Shown in pieces: positions 23,971-36,225 of a DNA stretch of 64,000 bases (positions are counted from its first letter, which is position 1; each line of letters begins with the position of its first letter). The stretch is from Squalus acanthias. Lineage: Eukaryota. The stretch covers positions 66,652,001 to 66,716,000 of the forward strand of contig CM059438.1 in NCBI GenBank assembly GCA_030390025.1. Reading direction: 5' to 3'. A program made the position numbers and the translations under genes. The notes beneath the pieces were generated by a model that was not told the DNA's origin, made no database searches, and was given only the letters and a program-made list of their open reading frames with translations.

Positions 23971-25595
23971 AGAATACAAGAACATAAGAAATAGAAGCAG
24001 GAGTAGGCCATTTGGCACTTCAAGCCTGCTCCACCATTCAATGAGATCATGGCTGATCTTCTACCGAATCTCCACTTTCCTGCACTATCCCCATATCCCT
24101 TAATTCCCTTATTATTCAAGAATCTATCGATCTCTGTCTTGAATATACTCGATGACTGAGTCTCCACAGCCCTCTGGGGTAGAGAATTCCAAAGATTCAC
24201 CCCCCTCTGAGTGAAGACATTTCTCCTCATCTCAGTCCTAAATGGCCGACCCCTTATTCTGAGACTATGACCCCTGGTTCTAGACTCCCGGCCAGGAGAA
24301 ACATCCTCCCTGCATCTACCCTGTCAAGTCCTGTAAGAATTTTGTATGTTTCACTGAGATCACCTCTCATTCTTCTAAACTCTAGAGAATATAGGCCTAG
24401 TCTACTCAATCTCTCCTCATAGGACAATCCCCCCATCCCAGGAATCAGTCTGGTGAACCTTTGTTGCACTCCCTCTATGGCAAGTATATCCTTCATTAGG
24501 TAAGGAGACCAAAACTGTACACAATACTCCAGGTGTGGTCTCACCAGGGCCCTATATAATTGCTGTAAGATGTCTTTACTCTTATACTCAAATCTTCTTG
24601 TAATAAAAGCCAACATACTATTTGCTTTCCTAATTGCTTGCTGTACCTGCATGTTAACTTTTAATGATGCGTGTACAAGGACACCCAGGTCCCTCTGAAC
24701 ACCAAAGTTTCTCAATCTCTCACCATTTAAAAAATACTCTGCTTTTCTATTTTTCCTACCAAAGTGGATAACTTCATATTTCTCCACATTATATTCCATT
24801 TGTCATGCTCTTGCCCACACACTTAGCCTGTCTATATCCCCTTGAAGCCTTCTTGCATCCTCCTCACAACTTACATTCCCTCCCAGCTTTGTATCATCAG
24901 CAAATTTGGATATATTACATTTGGTCCCCTCATCCAAATCATTGATGTAGATTGTGAATAGCTGAGGCCCAAGCACTGATCCTTGCGGTACCCCATTAGT
25001 TACAGCCTGCCAACCCGAAAATGTCCCGTTTATTCCTACTCTCTGTTTTCTGTCTGTTAACCAATCCTCAATCCATGCTAGTATATTACCCCCCAATCCC
25101 ATGAGCACTAATTTTGTTGAATAACCTCTTGTGTGCCACCTTATCGAATGCCTTCTGAAAATCCAAATACACCACATCCACTGGTTCCCCCTTAGCTATT
25201 CTGTTAGTTACACCCTCAAAAAACTCTAACAGATTTGTCAAACACAATTTCCTTTTCATAAATCCGTGTTGACTCTGCCCAATCCTATTATTATTTTCTA
25301 AGTGCCCTATTACTATGTCCTCAATAACAGATTCTAGCATTTTCCCTACTACTGATGTCAGGCTAACTGGTCTGTAGTTCCCCGTTTTCTCTCTCCCTCC
25401 TTTCTTAAATAGTGGGGTTACATTTGCTACCTTCCAATCAATGGGAACCGTTCTAGAATCGATGGAATTTTGGAAAATGACAACCAATGCATCCACTATC
25501 TCTATAGCCACCTCTTTCAAAACCCTAGGATGTAGGCCATCAGGTCCAGAGGATTTATCGGCTTTCACTCCCATTAATTTCTCCAGTACTATTTT
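23971..25595 (-). mobile_element. CR1 LINE, 5'-truncated, frameshifted RT
   Basis: Minus ORFs with [65 protein letters not shown]; tail reads AAGAACATAAGA on +. Confidence 0.93.
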
Positions 25596-25880
25596 TTTAT
25601 GGTTTACATTTGCTGTTGAGGCAGACTATAACATAAACTAAAAGGCAATTAAATAATATTTGATAAGGAATAATAGAAATAAATACAGGGAAATGAAATT
25701 GGACTAGTTAGCTCCAGTTGAAAGACTTGAACTGGAATGGGCGTGATGGGTGAATTGGCCTCCTGTGCTGCAATTTTTCTCATTCTAGAAATCCAAACTG
25801 TGTTAACTAATTTAAAAGACACCAGTTCAAAGCTTTTGGTTAGTTATTTTCTACCTTTGTGTTGGACGGTTTCAGCCAGA

Positions 25881-25963
25881 TCAAGCCTTGACTCAGTGGT
25901 AGCACTCTCACCTGAGTCCAAAGGTTGTGGAGTCAAGCCCCACTCCAGAGACTTGAACAAATC
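25881..25963 (+). mobile_element. 5' head of a Deu-SINE split by a Harbinger insertion (remainder at 30772-31146)
   Basis: GACTCAGTGGTAGCACTCTCACCTGAGTCCAAAGGTTGTGGAGTCAAGCCCCACTCCAGAGACTTGAACAAATC continues exactly as AAAATCTAGGCTGACAC at 30772. Confidence 0.85.
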
Positions 25964-26244
25964 AGCCGCGATTTTACTAACCTCGGCCAGTCCATGGCGG
26001 GCGACATCGGTGGCGAGTCCCGAACCCGCTGCTGTCTTCATCCCGCTGGCCAAAATTAATTTACCTTGATAGGGCTTGTTAAGCCCGCCCAGCGCATTTC
26101 CCGGCCAATTAGAGGAAACAGGTCTGGTGATGTCACTTGATGACGCGTCATCAGCTGGTTTCCTTAAAGGGACCATGTCCAAATTTATTTTCATATTTGT
26201 ACTGTCAGTGTTCTGCAGCATTTGAGGTGCTGCAGACACTGACA

Positions 26245-26478
26245 ATGACTGCACAAAGGCACAAGGCTGCACCCAGGCTCTCACATGACTCCCTCCATAT
26301 GCTTATGCAGGGAGTCACAGCACACAGGGAGGTCCTCTTCCCTTCCCATGGGTGAAAGAGACCTCCCCAGGAGTTCAACACAGCCTGGTTGCAAATTGCA
26401 AAGGAGGGCACAAGTGGGGATGTGGTCAGGAGGACCTGGGTACAGTACCGCAAAAGCTTCAATGATCTCAGTAGATCA
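26245..26478 (+). pseudogene. Myb/SANT-like DNA-binding domain exon remnant with one in-frame stop
   Basis: MTAQRHKAAPRLSHDSLHMLMQGVTAHREVLFPSHG*KRPPQEFNTAWLQIAKEGTSGDVVRRTWVQYRKSFNDLSRS read directly from the sequence. Confidence 0.8.
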
Positions 26479-26534
26479 CTAAACTTTAGTACAAAGCCAT
26501 ACTCAACCTCATCCTGCTCTGCCTCTCATCACAT

Positions 26535-29500
26535 GGAAACATAGAAACATAGAAGATAGATGCAGGAGTAGGCCATTCGGCCCCTCGAGCCTGTTCTGCC
26601 ATTTAATGAGATCATGGCTGATCATCCAAATTCAGTACCCTGTCCCTGCTTTCTCCCCATATCCCTTGATCCCTTTAGCCTTAAGAAATATATCTAACTC
26701 CTTCTTGACTATATTTAATGAATTGGCCTCAACTGCCTTGTGTGGTAGAGAATTCCACAGGTTCACCACTCTCTGGGTGAAGAAATTCCTCCTCATCTCA
26801 GTCTTAAATGGCTTACCCCTTATTCTTAGACTGTGACCCCTGGTTCTGGACTCCCCCGCCATCGGGAACATCCTTCCTGCATCTAGTCTGTCTAGTCCTG
26901 TTAGAACTTTATAAGTTTCAATGAGATCCCCTCTCATTCTTCTAAACTCTAGCAAATATAAACCTAATCGATCCAATCTCTCCTCATACGTCATTCCTGC
27001 CATCCCAGGTATCAGTCTGGTGAATCTTCGCTGCACTCTCTCCATGGCAAGAACATCCTTCCTCAGCTAAGGTGACCAAAACTGCACACAATACTCAAGG
27101 TGTGGTCTCACCAAGGCCCTGTACAACTGCAGCAAGACATCCTTGCTCCTGTACTCGAATCCTCTCGCTATGAAGGCCAACATACCATTTGCCTTCTTAA
27201 TCGCCTGCTGCACCTGCATGCTTACCTTCAGCGACTGGTGCACAAGGACACCCAAGTCTCACTGCACTTCCTCTTTTCCCAATCTATTGCCGTTCAGATA
27301 ATAATCTGTCTTCCTGTTTTTGCCACCGAAGTGGATAACCTCGCATTTATCCACATTATACTGCATCTGCCATGCATCTGCCCAATCACCCAACCTGTCC
27401 AAATCATACTGGATTTCTCTGCATCCTCCTCACAGCACACACGCCCACCCAGCTTTGTGTCATCTGCAAACTTGGAGATATTACATCTAGTTCCCTCGTC
27501 TAGATCATCTATATATATTGTGAATAGCTGGGGTCCTAGCACTGATCCCTGTGGTACCCCACTAGTCACTGCCTGCCACTCGGAAAAAGACCCGTTTATT
27601 CCAACTCTTTGCTTCCTGTCTGCCAACCAGTTCTCTATCCAAGACAGTACCTTACCCCCAATCCCATGTGCTTTAACTTTGTACGCTAATCTCTTGTGCG
27701 AGACCTTATTGAAAGCCTTCTGAAAGTCCAAATACACCACATCCACTGGTTCTCCCTTATCTATTCTACCAGTTTAATCCTCAAAAAATTCCAGTAGATT
27801 AGTCAAGCATGATTTACCTTTTGTAAATCCATGTTGACTTTGTCCGATCCTGTCACTGTTTTCCAAGTGCTCTGCTATTACATCTTTTATAATGGACTCT
27901 AGCATTTTCCCCACTACCGATGTCAGGCTTACCGGTCTATAATTCCCTGTTTTCTCTCTACCACCTTTTTTAAATAGTGGGGTTACATTATCTATCCTCC
28001 AATCCATGGGAACTGTTCCAGAGTCTATAGAATTTTAGAAGATGACCAACAATGCATCTACTATTTCTAGGGCCACTTCCTTAAGTACCCTAGGATGTAG
28101 ATTATCAGGCCCTGGGGATTTATTGGCCTTCAATCCCATCAATTTCCCTAACACCATTTCCCTACAAATACTGATTTAATTCAATTCCTCCCTCTCATTA
28201 GACCCTATTTTCCCTGACATCTCTGGGAGGTTATTTGTGTCCTCCTTTGTGAAGACAGAACCAAAGTATGTATTTAATTGGTCTGCCATTTCTTTGTTCC
28301 CCATTATAAATTCCCCTGATTCTGACTGCAAGGGACCTACGCTTGACTTCACCAATCTTTTTCTCTTCACATATCTATAGAAGCTTTTACACTCAGTTTT
28401 TATGTTCCCTGCTAGCTTACTCTCAATCTATTTTCCCCCTCTTAATTAATCCCTTTGTTCTCCTTTGCTGAATCCTAAACTGCTCCCAATCCTTAATTTT
28501 GCTGCTTTTTCTGGCCATATTATATGTCCTCTCCTTGGATCTTATGCTATCCCTAATTTCCCTTGTTAGCCACGGTTGAGTCACCTTTTTTGTTTTATTT
28601 TTATGCCAAACAGGGATGAACAAATTCTGTAGTTCATCCATGCAATCTTTAAATGTTTGCCATTGCCTATTCACCATCAACCCTTTAAGTAACGTTCCTC
28701 AATCCATCCTAGCCAACTCGTGCCTCATACCATCGTAGTTTCCTTTATTTAAATTCAGGACCCTAGTCTCTGAGCCAACTACTTCACTCTCCATTTTAAT
28801 GAAGAATTCTATTATATTATGATCGCTCCTCCCCAAGGGGCCTCGCACAACAAGATTGCTAATTAATCCTTTCTCATTGCATAATACCCAGTCTAAGATG
28901 GCCTGATCTCTAGTTGGTTCCTCGACATATTGGTCCAGGAAACCATCCCGTATACACTCTAGGAATTCCTCCTCCACAGTATTGTTACTAATTTGGTTAG
29001 CCCAATCTATATGTAGATTAAAGTCACCCATGATAACTGCTGTTACCTTATTGCACGCATCTCTAATTTCCCATTTAATGCCATTCCCAACCTCAGCATT
29101 ACTGTTTGGGGGTCTGTATACAACTCCCACTAACATTTTCTGCCCCTTGGTATTTCTCAACTCTGCCCATACAGATTCCACATCATCAGAGCTAATATCC
29201 TTCCTTACTATTGTGTTAATCTCCTCTTTAACCAGCAATGCTACCCCACCTCCTTTTCCTTTTTTCCTGTCCTTCCTGAATATTGAATACCCCTGGATGT
29301 TGAATTCCCAGTCTTGGTCACCCTGGAGCCATGTCTCCGTAATCCCAATTATATCATATCCGTTTACATCTATTTGCACAGCTAATTCATCCACCTTATT
29401 ACGAATGCTCCTCGCATTAAGACACAAAGCCTTCAGGCTTGATTTTTTAACACTCTTAGTCCTTTTAGAATTATTATTTACTGTGGCCCTGTTTGATTTA

Positions 29501-29540
29501 CACCCTTGATTTCTCTGCCTTCCACTTTTGCTTTTATCCT
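26535..29540 (-). mobile_element. CR1 LINE with near-complete decayed ORF2 (APE endonuclease + RT)
   Basis: LNARSIRNK, GITETWL, GVVYRPPN, MGDFN, SDHN endonuclease motifs (ORF 28699-29550), RT motifs downstream, and (GAAACATA)n tail on +. Confidence 0.95.
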
Positions 29541-30771
29541 TCCCCATCACTCTGCCTTCGCTACCCTACTCCTGCACATCCTTACTCACACCAACTTACC
29601 TTGGACCTCCACCCATCCCTCTCTATCTATAGTATCACATCCCCATCTTACTAGACACCCCTCACACTCGCCCTCATCCTAGTGCAATCATACCAACTAA
29701 CAACACACAAGGGTAGGCACTTAGGTGTTTTATCCAATGTTCATGTAAAGTTTCTGTTAATGTGCTGTCAAACATTGAAACCTTTATTTTCAACTCTTTG
29801 CATTCATGGACAGATTTGTGTGCACCTTTGGCTTAGTGAGTTGCAGTAAATGGTGAGACATAACGGTACCCCCCGCAATGGTCATGAGTGTGAAAGGAAT
29901 GGCTTGGGCATTGCAGAAATGCTTTGTGGTGTTGGTGTGGGGTGGTGCCGACCTGGTGCATCATGTGGCAGCCAGTGTGTACAGCGTCAAGTGAAGTAAA
30001 TCTGGCCATGGTGAGGCCATCCCTGGCCTCCCGGGCAGCAATATGGTCGGGTGCTGATGCCCTCTGTCCTGTGCAGCATCAGAGGATTGCGGAGAAGTTT
30101 GGTGTTGTTGTCAATACTGCTGGTGTGCCTGGTGCTGCAGGTGTTGGGGCTGATCGTGGTGGGGTTCTGAGGACCAAGGTGAGAGATTATAAAGTGTACC
30201 CATGCTGATGGAATAGATGGCAGGTGAAGTTGAGATGACAGAAGCAATCTGTCAATGGTGTGTGAGGTTGTTCCAACGAGGTGACACTGGATAGAGAGTT
30301 TGCTCCAAGCACTTGCAACCTGCATAAAGCTCAATCTATCTTCTAAATGCAATAGGCAACTGCTTCTGAGCTTGGAAAGTGAACAGCTGTGAGGTGCGAG
30401 CTTTTATAGCACATTTCAAGCTGTCAAGTAATCAGCTGATACAATGGCAATTCATACCCCGCTTCAGCTTAACAGACATGATCCCCGAGCAGCGAGGACC
30501 CCGCTGACAAGCACGTAAAATCAAAAGGTGAGCTCAAATGTATTCTTCATGATCTCGAAACAAGGTCAGAATTACCTGATTTGGGTCCCCCGCCGCTGTG
30601 TGTCTGGTCTGCTCAGCGTTGACAGACCCGACATCGGGGAAAACGCATGGTGGTGGGTTCACACCGGGGTCCCGTCCCGCTAGGGGAAAAAAAACACTTT
30701 CCCACCCAACCCGCCACCGATCACGTCTGCTGACCTCCACCCCCCCAACCCCCCTGCAGAAAATCTCGGCC

Positions 30772-31146
30772 AAAATCTAGGCTGACACCTCAATGCAATA
30801 CTGAGGGAGTGCTGCAATGTCAGAGGTGCCATTGTTTGGATGAGATGGTAACCTGAGGGCCTGTCTGCTCTCTCAGGTGGATGCAAAAGATCCCATGTCA
30901 TCTTTTGAAGAAGAGCAGGGAGTCCTCTAAGAGCCCGGCCAACATTTATTTGTCTACTAACACCACCAAAAACAAATTACCTGGTCATTTATCTTGTTTG
31001 TGGCATTTTGCTGTCTGAAGATTGGCTGCTGCATTTGCCTACATTACAACAGTAACTACACTTCAAAAGCAACTCATTAGCTGTGAAGTGCTTTGGGACG
31101 TCCTGAGGATGTAAAAGGCGCTATGTAAATGTAAGTACTTTCCTTC
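30772..31146 (+). mobile_element. Body and tail of the split Deu-SINE
   Basis: Colinear with the SINE consensus from AAAATCTAGGCTGACAC to AAAGGCGCTATGTAAATGTAAGT. Confidence 0.85.
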
Positions 31147-31641
31147 ATTCATTTCTCATCAACATGATGCCTGAATTCCTTTTTGCTTTAAAACAGTTCC
31201 ATTCTTCTTCAATGTTGTTATTTAAAGAAATCAAAAGTGAGATTTGATGCTATGGTCAACAGAAGAATTTTCCGTGTTCCTACAGCGCCAAGTGCGTGCC
31301 TTAAACCCAACACCAGAAGGACATCTCTTGATCACTGCGTTTTTTTTCAGATTTCTAGTACCTTAAGTATTTTGCTTTTTATTATGAGTTAGCCTTGTCC
31401 GATTGCTTTACACAAGAGATAGTCCCATAATCACAGCACCAAGGCAGAATATTTGATCATCTCTATCCACACTTACCCAAATGATGTTCATTCCCCTTCT
31501 TATCCAGACGTTCATCCAACTCTTTATAAATTAGTTTAAATGTTCTGCTTGTGCTGGGGGATTCTGAACGATAGTTGTTCATTTCATCCCCAGGTCCTCG
31601 AGTTGTGCACTTACATCCCAAGTTGAGCTGTCTCATTTACA

Positions 31642-32565
31642 TTTTTTATTCGTCCCTGGGATGTGGGTGTCGCTAGCAAGGCCAGCATTTATTGCACATC
31701 CCTTAATGCCCTTGAGAAGATGGTGGTGAGCCGCCTTCTTGAACCGATGCAGTCCGTGTGGTGAAGGTACTCCCACAGTGCTGTTAGGGAGGGAGTTCCA
31801 GGGTTTTGACCCAGCGACGATGAATGAATGGCAATATACTTCTAAGTCAGGATGGTGTGTGACTTGGAGGGGAACGTGGAGGTGGTCGTGTTCCTATGCA
31901 CCTGCTGCCCTTGTCTTTCTAGGTGGTAGAGGTCGCGGGTTTGGGAAGTGCTGTCGAAGGAGCTTTAGCGAGTTGCTGCAGTGCATCTTGTAGATGGTAC
32001 ACACTGCAGCCACGGTACGCCGGTGGTGGAGGGAGTGAAAGTTTAAGGTGGTGGATGGGGTGCCAATCAAGTGGGCTGCTTTGTCCTGGATGGTGTCGAG
32101 CTTCTTGAGGTTTGTTGGAGCTGCACTCATCCAGGCAAGTGGCGAGTATTCCATCACATTCCTTACTTGTGCTTTGTAGATGGTGGAAAGGCTTTGGGGA
32201 GTCAGGAAGTGAGACATTCGCCACAGAATACCTAGCCTCTGACCTGCTCTTGTTGCCACAGTATTTATGTGGCTGGTCAGTTAAGTTTCTGGTCAATGGT
32301 GACCCCCAGGATGTTGTTGGTGGGGGATTCGCCGATGATAATGCCATTGAATGTCAAGGGGCGGTGGTTAGATTCTCGCTTGTTGGAGATAGTCATTGCC
32401 TGGCACTTGTGTGGCGCGAATGTTACCTGCCACTTATCAGCCCAAGCCTGAATGTCGTCCAAGTCTTGCTGCATGCAGGCATGGACTGCTTCATTATCTG
32501 AAAAGTTGCGAATGGCACTGAACACTGTGCAGTCATCAGCGAACATCCCCATTTTTGTTCTTTCC
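31642..32565 (-). mobile_element. CR1/L2-group LINE 3' fragment (same family as 15476-16643)
   Basis: Minus ORFs MFADDCTVFSAIRN... and MATRAGQRLGIL...YKAQVRNVMEYSPLAW. Confidence 0.88.
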
Positions 32566-32680
32566 ATCACCTACAACTGTTATCTGTTTGAGGAGCTCGT
32601 CTGTAAGTCTTGCAATCATTCTTGTTAATTTTCTCTGAACCCTCCCCAATGCAAGAAGGGTATCCAAAATTGTACATAAT

Positions 32681-33430
32681 GGGCCAGATCTTGCTGGAGG
32701 GGGGGCATCTCGCAGCGTATGCTGTTAGTTAGACTTTTTCCTGCAGCTTTCAGCTCTATAGTTTTTTGTGCTGTAACTTGTTGGAAGTGCGAGCTGATAA
32801 TGGCACGACGAGGGCAAAGGGGCAACTGGGACAACTGGGACCTTGGTGAATGACGGAACCAACAGTGTATCTCCTTAACCAACAAGGTTTCAGGATTCAG
32901 AAAGAAACAGTGCAACTATGGAGAAGGAGGGTGAATTAGAGTTACATCAGGTTAAGAGAGAAAGAAAGATTGGATTCAGAGAGAGAGAAAAAGGAGACAG
33001 AAAGGAAAAATAAGATTTTTTATAAACAATGTTGATTAAATAAAAAAATAATCTCTAGGAACAATTCACTACCTGAAGGAATGAGACTCCATAGTTCAAT
33101 TGTTCAGTTTCTGAGCCAAAGCGGTTGATTGGCATTGCATTAACAATTATCATGTTATTGAAAGGGTACTTCCACTCTTAATTACCAGACTTAACTTTCT
33201 GTGGTGAGTTTAATGGGCAACTAACGTGCAAATCCAGCAACTTCTTAAAAATAACGGGGAGGCTAAAGGCGAGATGCTGTTTGTGTGAAGCAAACGGTTG
33301 AACGGTGGAAATCGACCAGCAAGTTCTGGAGATTTGCAGCTCACGGCATATCTCTTAACCCCCTGAATTTATGCATTAATAATGGCGTATGTCATTGACA
33401 CATCATTATTTTTCCAGCAAGATCCGACCA
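32681..33430. mobile_element. Harbinger-type MITE inserted in an old CR1 remnant
   Basis: TIR GG.CAGATCTTGCTGGA / TCCAGCAAGATCCGACC with AAT duplicated. The flanks rejoin as CCAAAATTGTACATAAT|ATTCCAAG, the antisense of the LEYCVQFW-type CR1 motif. Confidence 0.75.
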
Positions 33431-33830
33431 AATATTCCAAGTACGACCTCATCAGTGATCAATATAAGGTTAGAATAACTTACTTGTACTTGCAGTCAAA
33501 AGCCCTTGAGATGTGGTCTTATATTTGAGTGGCTTCGTTGCCATCAGTTTCATTTTAACAGGAATGATCAGTAATGCCGCCCAAATCCTTTTGCTTTTCC
33601 ACCTTATGAAGGCACTAGCTTATCTTACTCCATACAAATGGCTTAAATTTACTTTTTAAATTTGCTTATGGGAAGTGGACGGTGCTGGTAAAATGATATT
33701 AGTTGCCCTGAGAAGATGGTGATGGGCCTTCGAGAACCACTGTTGTCATTGTGGTGATGGAGTTCCCCTGATGGTTTAGGTGGGGAATTCCAGGATATTG
33801 ACCCAGCGCTGACGAAGGAATGACATCATT

Positions 33831-34510
33831 GGGGAAAAATTCAGTTGCTTTGCGCCTCCCGTTAGCGCCGATAACGGGGCGCAAAGCAACTAGCGCCCGG
33901 GCGCGGCGCTGCCAACGCCTCCCGCGAAATTCAGCAGGAGGTTAGCGGCGGCGGTAACCATTAGTGCCCCGCGGCGCTGTGCCGCTGGTGATGATGTCAT
34001 CGCCGTGCGCAGCGCCCTGCTTGCGCCCCGACCGCAATCTTCGGTAGCGCCCCCTGACGCTATGTCCGACGGGGTCAGGGGGGGCCTACCTGCGGCCGGG
34101 GGGGCGCTATTTAAAGGCGAGATGCTGGGCGGCCATTTTTGTTGCTGGCCGCCTGCCAGCACCTGCCTCCGCTCCGGTCCCCGGCCTCCTTATCCGCCCC
34201 ACCGCGGGGTGCTGGCTGCGCTCCATGAGCCCGGCACTTCTCTTGAGTGCTGGACCCGGGGTCGTGCTGCACAAGGCCCCTCCCCTCGAAGAAGGGGTGG
34301 AAGGCCTGCAATACCGCGGCACATAGCGCCGCGATATTCCCTCGCAGCGCCCCAAGAGGGAGGCGGGGTGCTTCCAGTAGCGCCCCGCTTCCCTCTTGGG
34401 GCGCTACCACTCAATTTCGGTCGCGGGTGCGCTAATTTTTCCGGGGTGCTGAAAGTAGCGCCCCGGCGAAGTTAGCGCCCCAAAGGGGGCGCGACTCAAT
34501 TTTTCGCCCC
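33831..34510. mobile_element. GC/CpG-rich Harbinger-type MITE, family C
   Basis: Termini GGGGAAAAATT / AATTTTTCGCCCC with many (T)AGCGCCC motifs. One end is shared with family B and the interior is shared with 62341-62625. Confidence 0.8.
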
Positions 34511-35194
34511 ATGTGTCCACCTAGGGCTGGTGGTTTATCCTTACCTGGTCCTTACTATTGATTGCTGTCCAGGACTTATTTTCCCCTCAGTTTAACCAGA
34601 GTAGCATCCATTTGTGTTTTATATTGGAGGTTTAATGTGGTGCAGTTAACAGTCGCATTTCACTTCTCACTACAGTAAGCTTGTAAATGTTTCTCTATCT
34701 TTTTCAAATTTGCATTTTATACCAGGAGTATTTCAGATGGGAGATTTTTTAAATTTTAATTTAGTTAATTGTTTCTGTCACCTAATATTTACGAAAGCCA
34801 GGATTTTTATTCCAAACTGTATTTTTAATTATAATGTAATTTAGGGATTTGTAATAATTAAAAGATCATTTTTTTTTAAACAAATGGTAGATTTATTTTT
34901 TGAGAAATTGTGTAAAATCATTCTAATGGTTTAGAATTTGCTGAAATATTAAAATTCTCCAGCGACGTAGTCTTCCAATCATTTCCAAATTCCCTCAAAT
35001 GAGATTCTCAAATGTGCAGGAGCCCTAGAGTGGCTGCTATGTACATTCAATTTTAAACAACACATTATTCGCCTGAATTAATGAATTCACATCCATTCCT
35101 AAGTAGTTCAGGTGCAGTCTAATTCAATCTCCCCAGCTACCTCTGTTGCCCCCCTGGGATGGCATCTGCGCCATTAGATGTAATGGCACCAGTT

Positions 35195-35420
35195 AAATAA
35201 AGAAAGAACTTGCGTTTATGTAGCGCCTCTCACAACCTCAGGATGGCCCAAAGCGCTTTACAGCCAATGAAGTACTTTTGAAGTGTAGTCACTGTTGTAA
35301 TGTCGGAAATGTGGAAACCATTTTGCGCACAGCAAGGTCCCACAAACAGCAGTGTGATAATAACCAGAAACTTTGTTTCAGTGATGTTTGTTGAGAAATA
35401 AATCTTGGCCAGGACACAGG
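35195..35420 (-). mobile_element. Deu-SINE 3' half
   Basis: AAAGAAAGAACTTGCGTTTATGTAGCGCC...ACAGCCAATGAAGTACTTTTGAAGTGTAGTCACTG is the reverse complement of the SINE tail. Confidence 0.8.
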
Positions 35421-35924
35421 CTGTTGCACAGATGCCATAATTGGCCTCAGCCTCCAGAAAAGGGAAATATTGACCAGGGTTCCCTGCTGGAAGTGCACAG
35501 ATGTGGATCTCAGGCAAGGAGAAGATTGGGTTCAAGTGTGATACCTTTGTACAGGGTCCCCGCAAGCCAATGCTACTCCTGGCCCCTCCTAGTGAAAGAT
35601 ATCTGGAAGCTGAATGAGAAACCCATTCACATTTTTATGAAGGGTGGAAGAAAGTTCCTACAAGTCTGAAATAAAAAGCATTTGCTCAGGGATTTGACAT
35701 CTACCCAACCCATTGGACAAAGCAGAAAACTGATTGCATCATGTGAGGTTGTCAGGCTGATGTCTACTTCCTTGGTAGTCCAGTGCACTAAAGGTCTAAG
35801 TTGCCTGAAGGTCCCAGTGGTGTATGTGTTGAAATGGTCTATGTGTTCTAGGTGTTTGTGGGCCAGGGTAACAAGGGAGTCTCTTGTCTTCTCATGCACC
35901 AGCTTTTTAAATGTATTTCAGATT

Positions 35925-36225
35925 ACCTGTCCTTCGGATGAGATGTTAAACTGAGGTTCTCTCTTGATGTTCAGATGGATGTTAAATATCCCATGGCACT
36001 TCCAGTTATCGCGACCAAAAATTCTCCATCATCTCAAAAAAGCAGATGAACTGGTTATTCATCTCATGGCTGATTGTAGGACAATGCTGGTGCAAAATGG
36101 CCGTTGTGTTGGGCTGCATAATAGCAGTCACTGTACTTTAAAAGTAATTCATTGTGTGAATTGGTTCAAACTGCTTCAGCATGATAAGATACCATGTAAA
36201 TGCGTGTATTATTTATTTCTCTATT
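35925..36225 (+). mobile_element. Degenerate Deu-SINE core and tail
   Basis: CCTTCGGATGAGATGTTAAACTGAGG...CCCATGGCAC...CAAAATGGC...AAAAGTAATTCATTG. Confidence 0.6.

Larger units (their letters stand above)
25964..30771. mobile_element. Internally deleted Harbinger element, family A copy 2 (interrupted by CR1 at 26535-29540)
   Basis: Termini AGCCGCGATTTT / AAAATCTCGGCC. It is the reverse-complement homolog of 18997-20764, and its halves rejoin at CATCACAT|CCCCATCAC. Confidence 0.85.

Noticed and set aside
27100..29509. Long + strand ORFs (207 aa, 175 aa), and likewise 48203-48892 on -
   Set aside because: They are antisense shadows of CR1 ORF2.
33890..34475. CpG-island-like region with multiple overlapping ORFs, possibly a host promoter
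   Set aside because: It is bounded by TIRs and homologous to 62341-62625. The ORFs reflect high GC content.
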